Assembly (NCBI RefSeq): GCF_003324675.1
Contig: NZ_CP030918.1
Location: 3,060,001-3,092,000 of the forward strand
Length of the DNA: 32,000 nucleotides
Source: Paracoccus suum
GTDB lineage: Bacteria > Pseudomonadota > Alphaproteobacteria > Rhodobacterales > Rhodobacteraceae
Direction of reading: 5' to 3'
Part shown: positions 30,951 to 32,000 of the stretch, in pieces
Position numbering within the stretch: the first letter of the stretch is position 1
Layout of the letters: each line of letters starts with the position of its first letter
Position numbers and translations under genes: made by a program
The notes under the pieces: model-generated
Database searches by the model: none
Seen by the model: only the letters and a program-made list of their open reading frames with translations
Told to the model about the DNA's origin: nothing

Positions 30951-32000
30951 TCACTCCTGTTCGGTGGCGGACTCGGTCGCAGCGGCGTCGCCGTGCTCAT
31001 GCTCGCGGGCCCCATCACCGGGATCCGGCTGCGTCGCGGGCGTCGCCCGTGCCCCCTGCGTCTCGCCGGAGCCGGTGCGGTAGCTGAGACCGAGCGCCGC
31101 GGCGCGTGCCGCATCGGCCGCGTTCTCGCGGTCCACTTCCTCGATGTCGTAGCCGGTGGCCTCGACCACCTTGCGGCGCGAGGTGATGCCCGCCCCCATC
31201 GCCAGCACCTGTGCCTGGATGTCCTTCAGCGGATCGACCCAGTCCCAGCGCGGCGGGATCCACTGCACCGGCCGCGCCGCCGCGGGATCGTCGAGACCGA
31301 GCGCGCCGGAGAGCGCGGCCGCCTCCAGCCATCGCCGCCAGACCGCCCGGCAGAGCTGGTGCACGATCACGCCATGCTGCAGCTGGCCGATGCGGCGCCG
31401 GAACTCGACCAGCTCCGCCCTGAGGCTCGAATAGTTCGCCTGCCGGACATCCCCGGTGACCAGGTGATACGGCAGCCCCAGCGAGGCGGAGACCGCGAGC
31501 AGCGTCCGGTACTGGAACGCCTCGTAGCCGCCGCCCACGTCGGCGGGCGCGGAGAACTTCACGTCCTCGCCTGGCAGCAGCACCTGCATCGTCCCGGGCT
31601 CGAGGCTGGCGATGGCCGCGCCATTGAGGTCCGCTTCGACCTCGCCCAGCATCGGCTCTTCCGGGGCGGTCTTGGTGATGAAGCCCGCGAACATCGCCGC
31701 GGTCTTCTTCCGGTCCAGCTCGGCGTCGTCATACTGGTCGAGCAGGAACAGCCGCACCATCGCCGGTGCGACATGCGGCAGCCCCCGGATCTGGCCGGCG
31801 TCGATGGGCCGATAGATGTGCAGCACATCCGCGGCGGGTACGCGCACCGTCTCCGGGATCACGTCGCCGATGACCCGGCCGCCCTGATCGGTGCTGTCGC
31901 CCGGGTGACGGCGGCGGAAGTGATAGGCCACGCGGCGGCCGATGCTGTCGAACTCGATCCCGCAGCGGATACGGCTGCCCGATGGCAGCACCTCCGTCTT
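30951..32000 (-). CDS. Portal protein (lambda gpB family), C-terminal about 349 codons; the 5' end lies beyond the window
   Basis: RGLPHVAPAMVRLFLLDQYDDAELDRKKTAAMFAGFITK and WIPPRWDWVDPLKD motifs. The reading frame is open to position 32000, and the ORF-track start at 31991 is an internal GTG. Confidence 0.9.
   Translation of the reverse strand, partial: KTEVLPSGSRIRCGIEFDSIGRRVAYHFRRRHPGDSTDQGGRVIGDVIPETVRVPAADVLHIYRPIDAGQIRGLPHVAPAMVRLFLLDQYDDAELDRKKTAAMFAGFITKTAPEEPMLGEVEADLNGAAIASLEPGTMQVLLPGEDVKFSAPADVGGGYEAFQYRTLLAVSASLGLPYHLVTGDVRQANYSSLRAELVEFRRRIGQLQHGVIVHQLCRAVWRRWLEAAALSGALGLDDPAAARPVQWIPPRWDWVDPLKDIQAQVLAMGAGITSRRKVVEATGYDIEEVDRENAADAARAAALGLSYRTGSGETQGARATPATQPDPGDGAREHEHGDAAATESATEQE

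Larger units (their letters stand above)
13049..32000 (-). mobile_element. Prophage (or large prophage remnant) late region: head, tail and lysis genes. The element continues beyond the right window edge
   Basis: Uninterrupted minus-strand morphogenesis gene order, portal to spanins, with many ATGA/GTGA couplings. The only interruption is the opposite-strand cargo at 26317-27541. No integrase or att site is visible in the window. Confidence 0.75.

Noticed and set aside
13049-32000. Calling the cluster a canonical RcGTA head-tail cluster
   Set aside because: The portal, protease and capsid are lambda gpB / ClpP / gpE types with a gpD-like decoration protein, not HK97-type g3-g5. A contiguous lysis cassette and fibre gene are present. 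Only g12-g15 resemble GTA genes.
1-32000. tRNA, rRNA, CRISPR arrays, IS elements, integrase/transposase genes
   Set aside because: By eye I found no repeat-spacer periodicity, no cloverleaf-compatible segments, and no recombinase or DDE motifs in any credible ORF. This was not verified with tRNAscan, Infernal or ISfinder.

Overview
High-GC window, probably alphaproteobacterial (Rhodobacterales-like, judged from the RcGTA-type tail genes and composition). It has three blocks. (1) 1-3280, minus strand: a tightly coupled arsenic operon, arsR-arsC fusion, GAPDH, arsJ, acr3 (acr3 cut by the window edge). (2) About 3340-12930, mostly plus strand: a copper/metal homeostasis island. It holds cytochrome c, two paralogous small His/Cys-rich proteins, a Csp-like four-helix Cys-rich protein, a DUF305 protein, a frameshifted CDF transporter, a CueR-type operator in front of a YHS-type CopA P1B-ATPase, DUF411/CopG, a DUF305-beta-propeller fusion and an orphan lower-GC adenylate kinase. 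Its left edge is a mosaic of two gene remnants: an o-spanin 3' end and a copA 5' fragment. (3) 13049-32000, minus strand: the late region of a siphovirus-type prophage. It combines a lambda-like head and head-tail module (portal, ClpP-type protease/scaffold, gpD-like decoration, gpE-like capsid, FII-, Z-, U-like, tail tube, G/GT chaperone, tape measure) with an RcGTA g12-g15-like distal tail, a DUF2793/C1q-like fibre candidate and a terminal lysis cassette. The most unusual points follow. A 1.4 kb opposite-strand cargo (ACR3/BASS-like transporter plus a GDCCVxC Cys-rich protein) sits between the Z-like and U-like phage genes. A -1 frameshift ORF in the tail chaperone is missing from the ORF track. 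A canonical intrinsic terminator lies directly in front of the endolysin. Divergent remnants bracket the copper island. I found no tRNA, rRNA, CRISPR array, IS element or integrase. All family assignments come from reading the translated sequences by eye; no database search was run.
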